NCBI GenBank assembly: GCA_026770705.1
Contig: JANJGN010000036.1
Coordinates: 1,240,001 to 1,304,000, forward strand
Reading direction: 5' to 3'
DNA length: 64,000 nt
Source of the DNA: Isurus oxyrinchus
Lineage: Eukaryota
The notes beneath the pieces were generated by a model that was not told the DNA's origin, ran no database searches, and saw nothing but the letters and a program-made list of their open reading frames with translations. The position numbers and the translations under genes were made by a program. Of this stretch, positions 12,036-26,500 are shown piece by piece (the stretch's first letter is position 1; each line of letters starts with the position of its first letter).

Positions 12036-13949
12036 AATTCAGTTTTCAAGTCCGATGTAAAAATGGAGCGAATATAGTCAACATCATGGGAAATGTGTAT
12101 CTGTCAGGAACAATGAATGGAATTAATCCGAATTGGATCCTCTGCTGGACTGAAATATTTGAGTTGGCTCCATTGGAATTATTAGCAATTGAGAAGAGCA
12201 CAGAATTTCGAGTAGATCATTAGAGTGAGTTATAACCTCTGTAACAAAATAAAATGTTCAAAGTCAGCCGAGAAGAAGAGGGAACGAAGGGTGGATGAAA
12301 GAAAAATAAAACAGTATGTAAATTTCGATTTCAAGCAGCCCTTTTAAGTTTTCAACTTTATACAGTTCCCATGTGCGTATCCCAGTGATTAAATTAGATT
12401 TACGGGTGAATGAAGTCGTACTGAGCCCTTGGAAAAACATGGGTAAACCAAATCAAACAACCGATTCCGCGCGATTTTTCGATATGGACTTTTTTTTTAA
12501 AAAGGCTTTTGCTTTCTCCATATCGGAGGGTCTTCGCCGGATGGTGGCTTCAGGAGCGAGGGTGTGTGGTGCGGGGTGACGAGCTGCTCCAAAATCTGTG
12601 GTAACTCCTGTTTTTTTCTCTTTTTCTCAGTTATTCTGTCTCAGCATGTCTTGTCCCAGTCTCTGCCGGTTCAGACACTCCCAGCGGGCAGTCGTGCTGA
12701 ACTGAGCTGCCACAGGAGAACTCATTAGTTGATTACGCCTTCTGGTAAAGACATTGGTAGCAAAACGACATGAAGCAGATTTACACAGCGGACAAGTACC
12801 TCCCAGCAGTGGGGAGGATTTCCAGAGAGATTTCTGACAAAGCAGCTAATTATTCACTGCTCATTGCGGATATCCGGAGAAATGATTCTGGAATGTATTA
12901 CTGTGCAATCCGCAATTACCAGAACAGGGCCTTAATATTCGGTAATGGCTCCCAGTTAGTGATTACAGGTAAATTTCATCAATATTCCATTGCATTGCGT
13001 ATTTCTACAGCAATTGAAATTGTCTGGTTTCAGCTGTTAATGGGGTTTTTGTTCCATTTGCCAAATGTAGAGGGCTCCCCAACCATGTTCCTCCTCACCT
13101 CGCCGAAGGATGAGATTGCTTCAATGGAAAGGGTCCCGTTGCTGTTTTTGATCAGAAGCTTGTCCCCCGATACTTTCCCGTCCGCTGGAATGTTTCTGGG
13201 CTGGATCTCGAAGGTCAGGCAGATTCCTGGACAATTGAGACGGACGGGACTTACACCATCAGGAGTTATGCCACCCTCTCGGAGGAAACTTAGAGATCTA
13301 GTGCTGTCTGTATTTGCACATTTCAAATCAACTCCAGTGAAACTCACCTCAGTGCAAGTGTCTCATCTCAGAGAGGTAGTTGTTAACAGTGACCGTTTAC
13401 CATTCTATTTAATGTTGAAGGGAGACTTTGTGAATTTTGTAGATTAGTATAGTCCATCTTTCCGTGTGTGTCCATGTATCATCATTTTATCATTGACTTT
13501 TCACTGATCTCTCTATCTTTCAGACTTTAGCTCTCTGAAAGTTTTACTCTATCTGTCCTCTCTACCCCAGATCACTGGGATAGATTTTTTCACATTAAGG
13601 GAATATGGGATGTGTGCACGGCGGAACTATGAAGCTGCAGTACAAGATTAGCCTTTGTCTTATCGAATGGCGCATCAACATTAATGGACCGAATTGTCCC
13701 TTGCGCCCATTTCTTGTTTCGTTGTGGCTGGTTAGGCATATTGACATGGTTCCATGCCACCGGATGATGTCTCAGTGTGTAAAGGTGAAAGGTGCAATCA
13801 TATTCTCAGGGCACCACTTTGTCTTACAATGCCATTATACAATTATCTATTCACCCCTCTAATTACTTCACATGCACAATATTTCTGGCTGTCTCAGTTA
13901 AACGGTCAGTTAAAAGATACTATTTTCATTTGTTTGCCTACCTAGTTAT

Positions 13950-14700
13950 CTGTCTATCCATCTTTCTCTCTCTCCCCCTCTCTCACTCTCTTTCTCTCTC
14001 TATCAATCATTATTTCTCTTTCCTAGTGCAGTGTAATATGTCTACCCCTTCTGTCAGTCTGTCCAATTCTCTCTGTTTCTCTCTCTCTGATCTCGTCTCT
14101 CTTTTTTCTGCTTTACTCTGCTTCTGTCTCTCTCAGTTTGTCACTTTATGTCTGTCTCATTCTCTCTCTCTGTTGATTTATTTATTCATCTGTCCATTTG
14201 TCTATCTCACTCTCCCTGTGGTTATCTTGTTCATTTCTGCCATTGTTAAATGGTGCGGCATAAGACATCGAACCCATTTACCAATCTGCTTATCTCTCTC
14301 TTTCTATGCTCACTCTCTTTCTATCTCTCTTTCTCTCTCTCTCTCCCTCCCTCTCTCACTCGATTTCTTTCTCTCTCTGTATCAATCATTATATTTGTTT
14401 CCTAGTCCAGTTTAATATGTCTACCCCTTCTGTCTGTCTGTCCAACTCTCTCTGTTTCTCTCTCTCTGATCTCCTCTCTCTTTTTCCTGCCATTCTCTGC
14501 TTCTGTCTCTCTCAGTTTGTCACTTTATTTCTGTCTGATTCTCTATCTCTGTTGATTTATTTATTGATCTATCCATTTTTCTATCTCACTCTCCCTGTGA
14601 TTATTTTGTTTGTTTCTGCCATTGTTAAATGGTGCGGCAGAAGACATCGAGCCCATTTGCCAATCTACTTATCTATCTTCTCTCTCTCTCTGTCCCTCTC
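13950..14700 (+). repeat. Tandem duplication of a CT-rich unit of about 379 bp in the B1 C1-TM intron
   Basis: atcaatcattat at 14002 and 14381; gccattgttaaatggtgcggca occurs in both copies. Confidence 0.85.
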
Positions 14701-14739
14701 CCTCTCTCACTGTTTGTTCCCGTGCATGCTTCACTGATA

Positions 14740-15428
14740 GCTTGTATACAGGTACAGCAGGTAATAAGGAAGGCAAACAATGTTTTGGCATTTATTGCTA
14801 AAGGAATAGAGCATAAAGCAGGGAAGTGATGTTGCAGCTGTAAATGGTATTGGTGAGACTGAACCTCGAGTACTGTGCACAGTTTTGGCTCTCTTACTTG
14901 AGGAATGGTGCGGTTGCATTAGAGGTGGTTTACAGAAGGTTCACTAGATTGATTGCAGAGATGCGGGGGCTTGTCGTATGAGGAGAGATTGAGCAGTTTA
15001 GGCCTATACTTGCTGGACTTAGAAGGACGAAAGGAGATCTAATGGAGGTATATAAGATGCTAAAGGGGAGAGGCAAAGTAGACGTGGAACTGATATTTCC
15101 CCTTTTGGGGCATTCCACAACGAGAGGCCATAGTTTTAGGCTAAGGGGTGGTAGATTTAAAACAGAGATGAGGAGGAATCAGTTTTCTCAAAGGGCCGTG
15201 AAACTGTGGAATTCACTCCCTCAGAGTACAGTGGATGCCGGGACGCTGAATAAATTTAAGGAGGAGATAGTCAGGTTTATAATTAGTAACGGATTTAAAG
15301 GTTATGGGAAGAGGGCGGTAAATTGGAGTTGAGGACGAAATGAGATCAACCATGATCGTATTGAATGACTGGGCAGGCTCCGGGGGCTGGATTGCCTACT
15401 CCTGCTCCAAGTTATTATGTTCTTATTT
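14740..15428 (+). mobile_element. CR1 LINE 3' portion
   Basis: VQQVIRKANNVLAFIAKGIE...LEYCAQFW...EVYKMLKG...FSQRAVKLWNSLPQ, ending ttatgttctt. Confidence 0.88.
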
Positions 15429-18400
15429 TTGTTCGTCTCTCTCTCACTCTGTCGCTCTCTTCCTCGCTGCTTTTGTATTGCCCCCTGTTTTCATCTGTCA
15501 CTAAATCTCTTTCTCTCTCTATTTCTTTCTCTCTCTTCCTCCCTCTGTCTGCCTCTATCTCTCTTTCATTATGGATGGTCTCTATCTAACGATCTATCTG
15601 TGCATTTCTATCCTAGTTAATCTGTTTTGTATCGTATATATGCTTTTTCGATCAGCCCCTCTCGATCTCTCTCTATATTACTATGTATGTCCTGTTTAAA
15701 CAGTGCTGGATAACACCTCTGATCTCACTTGCTATTCAACCATCTCTCTATGTATTTGTCCTCTCTCTTTTTATCTCATTCTGCTTTTGTCCTGTTTCAA
15801 CACTGTTATGTAAGACCCCTCCTCTATTTCAGGATGAGGAACTTTGCAAAAAACCAATTCCCGTTTTCGGGTGAAGTCAAACATTTAAATTGACAACATT
15901 TCTCTTCTTTAATTAATTTCGCAAACTTATTTCAAACAAAAGGCTTTCTTTTGCAGATTCTCCGCCCCCTATCACCTGCAATGTCCTGTTTTCCAGGCAT
16001 TTGTTGGTGGCGGCGCTTCTCCTTCTGAGAATAATCCTTGTGGCCGGGAGAAGGAGCTGCAGGAACCGGCAGACAGGTAGCGATTGTTGGGAGATGCTGC
16101 AACTCCGGGTGCTCTGAATCCATCTATTTATTAATGAGTTATTGACACTTTCAGTCTGTTCAGTGCGACATGTAGCCATTTACCCTCAGCTCAAATTTTA
16201 CTTTCTAACAGGAAAAATGAACATTGATGAGCAACTTACAGTTTCTAGAGAACAAAGAGAGAATACAGACGTAAAAGAATGGAATTACTGTCGCCACAAC
16301 GCTGAATACATTTCCCTGAATATTAATCCAAGGAAAACATTTCACAATTAATTTCCTATTAGCCTGGAAAACGTTGCGTAGTGGGCGCTACAGGATGGGC
16401 GAAACTAGGCTTCAATTCCCCGAGTGCAGAGTGTTAAGGGGTAATCTCACCTAGGGTTTTATGGTAGTTAAATAATACGACACACTCAATGGAGAGAAGC
16501 TTTTTCACTGGTGGGGTTGGGAAAGTCGTAGTCCATAACAAGAGGTAGAACGTTAACATTAGATCAGCTAGTTCAGATGTGATATCAGGAAGCACATCAT
16601 CACTCAATCTGGAAATCTTTCTCTTCAAAAGCTGCTGCAGCTGCGGGATCAATTGGAAATATCAAAACTGAGATTGATAGATATCCGTTTGGTAACATGA
16701 TAAAGGATTATGGAAACAAGTTGGGTAGATGGGAGTTATGATACAGATCGACCATGGTCTGAGCGAATAGGCTTGGAGGGATTGATTGGCCTTCCCCTAA
16801 CCCTATAATGATGGTGTTCGTTAAATTAATCGATTCTGTTTTAACTTTTCCTCCACAGACACGTTATGCCCATTTGGCGTTTAAGGTCGATCCCAGGCTT
16901 TGATTGGAGAGGAAAGAGGCGGAGAGCTCACAGTCTCTTTCCCGAAAATGATGTGTTGCAGTAAGTTTCCTCTGTTGGGCGGGAAAGTCCAAAAGTCCAT
17001 CCGACGCTAACTAAGGCGCATTATCGGCGCAATTTTGCGATGTTGCCCAAAGCAGGAACTCAATTACCTCCTAACGTTCACGTTCCAAACGATGAAATAA
17101 CGCCTGCAGTTCCATGCAAAACTCTGCAAGTTTCTCTTCTCTGGTATTAGTGTTTATTATTGCATTCTGCATCTTTATTCAGCATGTCAGAGAAATATCA
17201 TTCAGACAGGTTTAACCATGGATCTGTGCTCGAATTTCCTGCATAAAACCATTGAATAACAATGACAGCTCCGTGCTTGTTATTTTTTTTTATCATTCAG
17301 GCCAGATACGCTCAGGGTACCCCTGCAGCCAATGTACAAATATATTTATAGAGGGAATGTTAGCAGGACAGAAGCAGAGCCAAGGACGGACAGGTACTGG
17401 GTGGGGATTTAGGTTGAATTGATATGAAAGCTGCACTGTTAGTGAACCCTGAGTCCTCACTGGTTGTGTCCTGTGGTGGTGGGGGGTAACAATGTTACTT
17501 TTACTCTTGAAAAAAAAATTATTTACAATTCTTTGGCTCTTTTGATAATGCAGTTGAGCGAATTTTACTGACTAAAATTTGATAATTTGGCCCGTCATGC
17601 CTGTGCCAGCTTTTTGAATGTGCACTGTAGTCCCACACCCCAGCTGTGTCCTCATGACACGAAGAATTAGTACTCTTGTAACGCAGCGCCCGTTAAATGT
17701 TAGTCTCTATCCTCATAACAGCACATCCCATTGGCTGTGACTGAAAGCAGTTTTCTGGCGATGCTAATAATTCGCAAATATGAACACAATTCACTCCTCA
17801 CATTCAAATATCAGTTTAACGCTTGAGTAAATTTGAGGTAATATTTCACTGAGGTGATGTAATCTATTTCTATGACAACTCTCATTTCATCACTGTTAAA
17901 AAGCTGGCCTGGAATCCGTTGCAGTAATGGTCACTGGATATCTGATTTGAAGAGTGTCTGCTGATTCCCCTTCGTAGCAGATAGAAACATTTTCAAATTA
18001 ATACTGGCTTATTCTGCTTTAAATCCCCATTCTGTGCAAATATTTCGAGAGTATTTCTAGACACTTATTGCAAGGTGCATGTGGAAAAATTCATTCTGCT
18101 AAACACAGTTCAACCATCCGTCAAGCTTCTGTCATCCTCAACCTGCTGGAAAACAACTGCTTCCTTAAAAAATATCAGGGAGCTTTGCAAGAGCTTCTGT
18201 ATTCTACCTACCCAGAGAACCATCCCTGGTGCTGATCATTCTGCGTGTTATTGACCTCCAAGCGTCAGTCCTCATACTATCTTGAGCTTTTAATCCCAGG
18301 GGCACATTGGAGCCATTCAGTCCCTCTGGTTGGATTTGGCATTCGATCTGGTCATGGATGAAATTAGGAAATTGAGAGAGTGTAAGTACGTTCTCTGAGT

Positions 18401-20559
18401 GCTTGTGTTTTTTTAATTATAAGGTACATCTTTAAGTTTAAGTTTTATTGATATATTTTTTCTATTTTTCGATTAAAATGTGAAACCTGGAATCTAGTTT
18501 AATTTTTGAATGGAGGCAGCAGGACAAAAGCTATGTTTGTTTTCTGGCGCTTCTAATGACGTTTATGACTCTTGAAGAGAGCGTAAAACAATCACATGAG
18601 TAGAAAAACGCAGTTGTTGCTGAGCAATAGGGGCGCAGGGAGGGAGTCTCTCACACAGACGAGCACACATATACAAACACACACGCACACACACATATAG
18701 AAAGAACACATAGAGAGAGAGAGAGAGAGAGAGAGAGAGCAGCAGTTTGAGTTCACTTGAAAGCAGCTGCCAACGGGAGGATGGAGATCAAAGATAGCAA
18801 GTTGCAAACTGAAGTTGAAGCCAAGACACCAGATAAGCAGTCTACTGGGAGACGGGACTGAAGAGAACAGGTTTCCCAGAAGAACCGACAGGTTCCAAGC
18901 CCAAGGAGTGAGACAAAAACAGCGTAAATACACAAGGATACTTTCCAGTTAAATGAAAGACAGGGGCCGGGTGTAAAATTGATTGGATATGCGGACATTC
19001 ACATTTTACCATGCAAAGCTACCTGGGGAATCACTAAAAGAAGCTCTGCTCAAGCTGCACCAAAGCCTCATTTCCCCAGGTGTAGAAAAGGGCAGCTGCC
19101 AGTGAGGGAGAAAAATCATCAGGCACTCTGCTGCCACCGGAGAAGGTGGTTCATGAACCGAATGATCCAATTCAGATCCAAGTTTAAGTATTCTTAAAAT
19201 GAATCATTAATCTGCTCAGAGACTATTTGACAGGAAATAGTTCATGAGTCCTTCGGAAACTTAATTAAACTGGTTTGACATTTATAATAATGGATGCAAA
19301 TACTTTAATGATGAACTTTAGCCGATTATTACATTCTGACATTGTTCATTGGTAGAACTTATTCTTCAAAATAAAGCAGACAGAAGATCTAAATGTGTTT
19401 CCGAAAATGTTGTCTTAAAATTTAGTTGTGGATTATTCGGCGAGTGAATGTGATTTACCGATATTCGTCCGATGTTGGATACCTGGATGATTCAGGATAT
19501 CACAAGATGCAGGTTAATGGACAGCAGGTTTAATGGTTTGCGTCAGGTCACGGAATTGTTGGCTCCGGTTTCAAGGTTATAACTATCAGGAAAGATTGAA
19601 CAGGCTGGGGCTCTTTCCTCTCGCAAAGTGGAGGCTTAGGGGGTGACCTCATAATGGTCTTCAAAATTATATGTTTGATACGGAAGACGTAAATAACATG
19701 TTCCCAATTGTGGGAGAGAGACCAGAACTAGGAATCATCAATATAAGATCGTCACTAATAAATCCAATCAGGAATGCAGGAGAACCATCTTTACTCATAC
19801 AGTGTGGAGAATGTGAAACGCGCTCGCACAGGGCGTGGTCGAAGTGAATTGCAGAGATCCATTTAAGGAGGAATCAGCAATATCACACGAGGTGTGAGGG
19901 ATAGAGAAGATGTCGATGGTCTGGGATGAAGGGGCGTTTGGCGGATGATCCTGTGCAGCAGAAAAGCTGGCACAGAGCAGAAGGCCGATTCTCTGCTGAT
20001 CCACAGGAGCAAGGTTGATACAAAGAGGGAGGCAGGAAGGCAGAAAGTGGATGAAGAATTTATTAAAATAATAGCATCATATTCTAGTTTCTTTTTTCAA
20101 TCTAGTGTGTTTTTGCTGAAATCCGAATAAATGAATGTGGTCTCGGTGAATGCACCAGAACACTCAGAATGAGGGGCATTTCTAATCTGCCCACGCGAAT
20201 GTCAGAACCAGTAATGTTGTTGAAATCAGCACCATTGCCTTTTGTCTCCAGTTTGCACCAGCCTGGACTGTGCACCGCCTGTGATGCGTGTTTACCACGT
20301 TCTGCAGCGTGTTGCCCTTTGCAGGCAGAGCCGTGTGTGGTCTCCTAACCTGTAAACAGGAAATCCTCAGTTAAAACTTATACACGCTGATTTTTCCAGT
20401 GAGCTATTTTTAAATGTTGCACGTAATTTCCATAAAATGTGCATTTTCACCGCGTGTTCCGAGCCCGGGGCCGAGAACAGAGGCACCCAAGCGAAGAGAC
20501 ATTGAAAGTCTCTCAGCAGCCGGCTCGGGATCAGAGACTGAGAGCTTCTAAATGTCCTG

Positions 20560-23500
20560 AGCATTGCTGCGTCTGTTCCCAGGTTTGTGCCTTCTTCACT
20601 CCTCATTCAGGATGGTTTAAGATCACTGATATAGTCAGCCAAGTAGGAAATTAGCCCCATGGCTAATGTTAGCTTTATGATGAAGGACTGAGTTATGTCC
20701 TCCTGATGCAAATTGATCACATTTCAACATTTTCCAAACTATCGGATGAGATGGTCAAACGAGATCCTTTGTCTTCCCCTTTCGGATGCAAAAGGTCCCA
20801 GGGTCACTATCAGCAGAGGAACGGATGGGGAGGGGGCGGCGGAGTTCCCCCGTATCCCTGGGGCCAACACTAATCCCCCAACCAACATCATTAAAAACAG
20901 GAACTGATTCATAATCACTTTATTATTTGAGTCTAGCTGTGTGCAGTTAAAGCTGCTGCGTTTCCTACATCACAACAAAGACTAACTTCAAAGAAACTCC
21001 TTTATTGCCACTAATAGGCCTCTTTTTCCCTCTTGCTCCTGTTATTGTTTCAAATTTGACCCTCAACGTTTGACTCAATTAGCATTTATTAACGAGTGGA
21101 TGGTCTATTATATATATTTACTGTTATAGCCGATTCGCCATGGGAAGAGGTTACTATCTCCCTGCCATAACAGACCCCATAGTACTGGATTTGTACCTCT
21201 CAGTTATTGCATCTCAGGCAGTTTTGTACAAGGCTTTGGAAGGTCAGAGTCTTTTGCTTGGAAGTGCCTACAAGGTGCATTGCGACACGGCTTAGTTGGT
21301 GGTGGTGGGGTGGGGGCTGTGGCTTTTGCTGTTGGTGTGCTGCGGGGGGCGGTCTTCTGGTATAAGCAGAACCATCACAGACGTCTGCAATTAGTTCTAC
21401 ATCTACACTGTGACAGAATGTAACTCTCGGACCGAGATACTTTCGGGAGAAGCTAATCAGAATCCACACGCTTTTCTCTGAATATTGCGCTTGTGGAGGC
21501 CCCTGATTCGGGCATGTATTACTGTGCAGCTAAGGAGCTCAGTAAGATGTCCTTTACGTTTGGAAATGGTTCAAACTTGCTTATCACAGGCAGAAATTCA
21601 GATAACTTAACACATTGCAGCATCAATAACCAGGAAGTTATGGTCAATGGTGATGGAATCTTCAGGCCCGGCCCTACAACGTTCTCCAATAATCGATCAT
21701 TTAACTCCGTCTCCAGCTGAAATTCTCTCGTTGTAAAATGTCCATTCGGTGTGTTTGGTGAAGAGTTTGGGCCTTGATCCCTTTTCCATCCACTAGAATA
21801 TTCATGGGCGGTGCCATGAGTGACAGAGCGATTCCAGGAAAATCGAGCCAGACGGGACATGCACCATGAGGAGTTGCATAATTTACTGCGCAGAAACTTG
21901 AAGCAGCGGTGTTCTCTGTACTTCTGCCGTTCCAATCAACTCCAGTGAAAATGATTCAAGTGAAAGTGTCTCAGCTCAGAGACGTAGGTATTAAGTTACT
22001 TTGTACATTTTATTTGAGGCCGATTTGTTACCAAAAGTTATTTGTATATCAGAACTCCCCCTTTGTATGTGTCCATGTATCATTTTCTGAGCCCTTACCA
22101 TGCTCTTATATATGGCATCATTTTAGTGTTTAGCTTTCTGAATGTTTAAGTCCATCTGTGTTGTTGGGATAAAAGGGTACGGAGGGAAATAAAATGTTTT
22201 GACATGTCAATGATTACATAAAATCCCAATTTCCTATTTAATATTTTCGTTCTCGATTCCTCTTTGTCATGATCTGTTTTCCATTGAGCTTCCAGCACAG
22301 AAATAATGTTTTCGGCCCTTTGGCTCAGCGCTGATGTTCCTGCTCCATATGATCATCCTCCAACCCCATCTTCATCTCAGCCGACCTAAATATCCTTCTG
22401 TTCCTTTCTCCCACATGTGCTTATGCACCAACACGAATCAATCCATCTCAGCATGGATGACCAAACTGATCATAACACCGTGGTACAAGCAGCCAGTCAA
22501 GTGGAGGGTTGGTGGGGTGGGGGGGGGGGTCGGGGGGGGGGTGGGTGGGGTGGAGATGGAAAATAGAAATTTAGCTGTAATCGGGGACATTATACTTAGT
22601 GGTATACATAATGTTCCATGTTGCTAGGCTCGAGAGTCCCGAAGGCTATGCTGCCTACCTGGTGCCAGGGTTAAGGATGTCTCATCTCATTGAAATCTGG
22701 GCTGCAGCCAATGAGGGCGGAAAGATCCAATTGTCGTGTACCATTTAGGTACCAACAAGGTCGAATATGGAAAGCAGTTCTGCAGAGAGAATATGAGCAG
22801 CTAGGGGCTGAATCGAAAAGCAGGATCAAAAAGGTAATAATCTCCGGACTACTACCTGAGCCACGAGCTATTGGCGCAGGGTCAATAAGATTAAAGAGGT
22901 AAAAGCGTGGCTCAAAGATTGGTGTGGGTGAAATTGGTTCGGATGCTTGAGACATTGGCAGCAACACTGGGGAAAGAGGGACGTATTCTGTTCGGACGGG
23001 CTCCACATGAATCATGCTGTGACCAGTGTCCTAGCAAATCGCATAGCTCGGGTTGCAGATAGGGCATCAAACTAAATCGTGAGGAGTAGGTTTCAGTTAC
23101 ATGGAAATATAAAAAATGAAAGTTTAAGCGGAGGCTAAGAGTGCAGGTTAGTGACGAGGCTGATTGTTACCAAAATGTGAAAGAAATGGTCAGAGAGTGT
23201 GAACGCAATATTGCACCAAAGAATGATATAAGGGTAAGGACAATTGACAATAGGTCAAACTTGAAGGCTTTGTATCTGCATGCGTGGAGCTGTCGGAATA
23301 AAATGAATGATTTAACTCGCAAATGGAAATAAATAGGTACGATTTGCTGGTGATTACTGAGACGTGGTTAAAGGGAAAGCTGGTTTGGGAGTTGGATATT
23401 CAAGGGTACTCATTGTTTCAGAAGGATAGGCGGGAAAGGAAATGAGGTGTTGTAGCTTTGTTAGTAAAGGAATAGATTAGTGCTTTAGTGAGCATTGATA

Positions 23501-26500
23501 TAGGCACTGGAGGGCAAGGTAGGGAATCATTCTGGGTAGAAATAAGAAATAGCTTGGGAAACACGCCCCTGGTGGGAACAGTCTATAAGTCCCCCAAAAG
23601 TAGTCCTGCAATAGGGCAGAGTGCAAACCAGGAAATACTGGGAGCATATAAGAAAGGCACGGCAATAAACATAGTTGCTATTAATATGCATATAGACTGA
23701 CCTAATCACATTAGAAAGGGTAGCCTCGAAATTTTAAAATGCTCGACTCCAACCCAATGGAATCAGACACATAAAAGTTTATTTAATGGTCTTTGGAGAG
23801 GGAATCAATGGATCTTGTGTCCAGGAATATGTCCGAAATTAGGATTTGCTGAATCCTGCTGGCAGCTGGGAAATAGCTTTGTGGGATGGTGTCCTCGACT
23901 TCTTCTGTTCCTGAGCCACCTCCAGCACCTGGTCTTCTGTGTATTAGAGATTCTTTCTTGGAAGAATATGATGTGGTACCAACCAGGGAGCAGGCTATTC
24001 TGGCTTTGATTTTGTGTAATGAGATGGGATTAATTAATCATCTCATAATAAAGAGTGATCATAACATACAATTATTTCAAGTACAGTTTGAGAAAGAAAA
24101 TCTGACTCCCACGGGGTGGGGGGGGGGGGGGGGGGGGGGGGGTTTGGGGGGGGGGAGGGGGTGGGTGGAAGTTGGGGGCTGAGAAGCAGAAAATAGGGAA
24201 CTATAGATCAGTTAGTTTAACGTCTGTAGTTGGGAAATTGCTGGAATCCATTACTAATGAAGTAGGAATGGGACATTTGGAAAGTCAAAATGTAATCCAT
24301 TAGAGTCAGCATGGTTTTATAAAGAGTAAATCGTGTTTGACGAATTTGCCAGTGTTCGTTGAAGATGTGACAAGGAATGCTGTATATGTAACATGTCTCG
24401 GATTCCAGAAGGCCTTTGATAAGTTGCCATATAAAAGATTAATACACAAGATAAGATCACACTGAGGTAGAGATAATACATTAGCTTGGTTGGAGGATTA
24501 GTTAACCAACAGAAAGCAGACAGTCGGGAAAAATGGGCCTTTTTCTGGGTGTAACTAGTAGTGTGCCACAGGGTTCAGCCCTTGCTCCCCAACTATTTAC
24601 AATCTATATTACTGACTTGGATTCAGGGATAGAAGGTACGATAGCTAATTTTGCAGATGACACCAAAGTAAATGGGGAAGTATGTTGAAATGAAGAAATA
24701 AGTTAAGTGCAAATGCATATGGACAGGTTCAAAGAATGGGCCAATATTTGGCAAACGGAGTGTAACGTCGATAAATGTGAGGTTATCCATTTTGGTTGGA
24801 AGAATACAAAGGCGATGTATTCTTTAAATGGAGATAAACTTCGCAATGTTTCAGTGCAGAGAGATTAGGGTGTCCTCGTGCATGATTCACTGAAAGCTTG
24901 TATGCAGGTACAGCAGGTAATAAGGAAGACAAATAGAATTTTAGCATTTATTGCTAAAGGAATAGTGTATGAAAATAGGGAAGTGTTGTTGCAACTGTAT
25001 AAGTCTTTGTTGACACAGAACCTGTAGTATTGCACAGAGTTCTGTTCCCCTTACTTGAGGAAGGATGTAATTTTATTGCAGGCAGTTCAGAGGAGGTACT
25101 CTATATTAATTCCAGAGCTGCTGGACTAGCCTTATGAAGAGAGATTGAACAGTTTAGGCCTATACTTGCTACAGTTTAGAAAAACGAAAGGAGACCAAAT
25201 TGAGGCATATAAGATGCTAAAGGGAATGGACAAAGTAGACATGGAGTGGATGTTTCCGCTTGTGGGGCATTCTAGAACGAGAGGCTGTAGTTATTGGCTA
25301 AGCGGTGGGAGATTTAAATAAGAGATGAGGGGGAATTACTTTTCTCAAATGGTCGTGAATCTGTGGAATTCACTACCTCAGAGTTCCGTCGGTGCCAGGA
25401 CGCTGAATAAATATAAGGAGGAGATAGAGATGCTTTTAATTAGCAACGGGTTCAAAGGTTATGGGGAGAGTGCCGGAAATTGGATTTGAGGCCTAAATTA
25501 GATCCGCCATGATCGTATTGAATGGCGGGGCAGGCTAGAGGGTCTGAATTGCCTACTCATGCTCTTACATGTTATGTTCTGTAATTAACCTTAACCACTC
25601 CCTGTGGGAACGAGCTTCACATTCTGCCCGCTGTCTGGTTAAAGGGTTTTCTCTGGAGTTCTCGAATGGATTTATTATTGACTCTCTGGTATTGATGTCT
25701 TCTAGTTCTGGCCTCCCCTAAAATGTGCCAATACCTTAACTACGCCTGCCCGGAAATCCCTGTCATAGTCTTAATGTCCTTCATCAGGTCACCCCATAAT
25801 CTTCTCCATTTATTCAACCTTTCCTGACCGTTATATCCTCTCACTTTGCTGACATTCTAGTAAGCCTTTTTTTTGCACCTTCCCCTGTGCTTCTATATTC
25901 TTTTTTATGATGCGCAGACCAGAAATATTCATAGAACGCTAAATGTGGTCATGCTAAGTTTGATACATGTTTAGTGTCACCTTTCTCCTTTCCAATTCTG
26001 GGCCTGTTTTTTTATGGCTGTATTAACCTCTGTGACCACTTTCAATGATTTTTGTGTCTATACCTAACAATCCGCTGCTCCTCTATCCGCTTTAAATTCT
26101 TATTTTCCATGAGTGTGTGGCCCAAACCTTATCACTATGTCCAACCCAAACCCCAATCCTATCCTTCCCAGCAATGCGTTCTCTCTATAATTTTCCAAAA
26201 AAGACAAAAGAAATGAATCCGATGGATTAACTTAAGCTACTTTGCCTTTCATGTGTGGCGGACAAATGCTTAGTATCAATTATTCTAGATGAAACCGGTG
26301 ACAATTTGTAAATAGATGGTTTTGCTAAGGGCACCCGACACCGATTTGTGAATGTGTACTCATGCTAACACATTAAACAGAGATTGCTCTTTCAAGAAGT
26401 GTCCGAGTGGCCATTTAAAAAAGAATGCAGTAGATGTAAATTGATTGGAGTTCACAAGACATTCAGGTGTTTGTGTTTTATAAATTTACCTATGTATTTC

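Larger units (their letters stand above)
11605..16903 (+). pseudogene. Type B1 VJ-C1-TM-cyt pseudogene with complete exon set
   Basis: Leader 11605-11647 (MSFLGVCALSHLFQ). V 12631-12968 (...AELSC, frameshift, AFW*RHW*...DSGMYYCAIRNYQNRALIFGNGSQLVIT). C1 13071-13375 (first Cys to Phe, frameshift, DGTYTIRS, ET*RS, VCIC). TM 15957-16076 (DSPPPITCNVLFSRHLLVAALLLLRIILVAGRR). cyt 16212-16270. Last exon 16859-16903 (TRYAHLAFKVDPRL*). Splice sites are intact. Confidence 0.88.

Noticed and set aside
12631-13375. Rearranging TCR alpha/delta or Ig light-chain locus, suggested by YYC...LIFGNG and a C1 exon
   Set aside because: V and J are contiguous with no RSS, there is no J array, and the genes have long Tyr-motif tails. 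The intact TM lacks the TCR basic residues, and Ig light chains have no TM.
15833-15870. Extra small exon (DEELCKKPIPVF) before the B1 TM exon
   Set aside because: Not recognisably conserved in B2, weak donor, and the C1 and TM exons already join in phase without it.
24113-24180. Poly-G tracts as functional G-quadruplexes (also near 6350, 22510, 26985, 40680, 41980, 42690)
   Set aside because: Simple homopolymer expansions, mostly inside repeats and error-prone in assembly; no positional conservation was seen.
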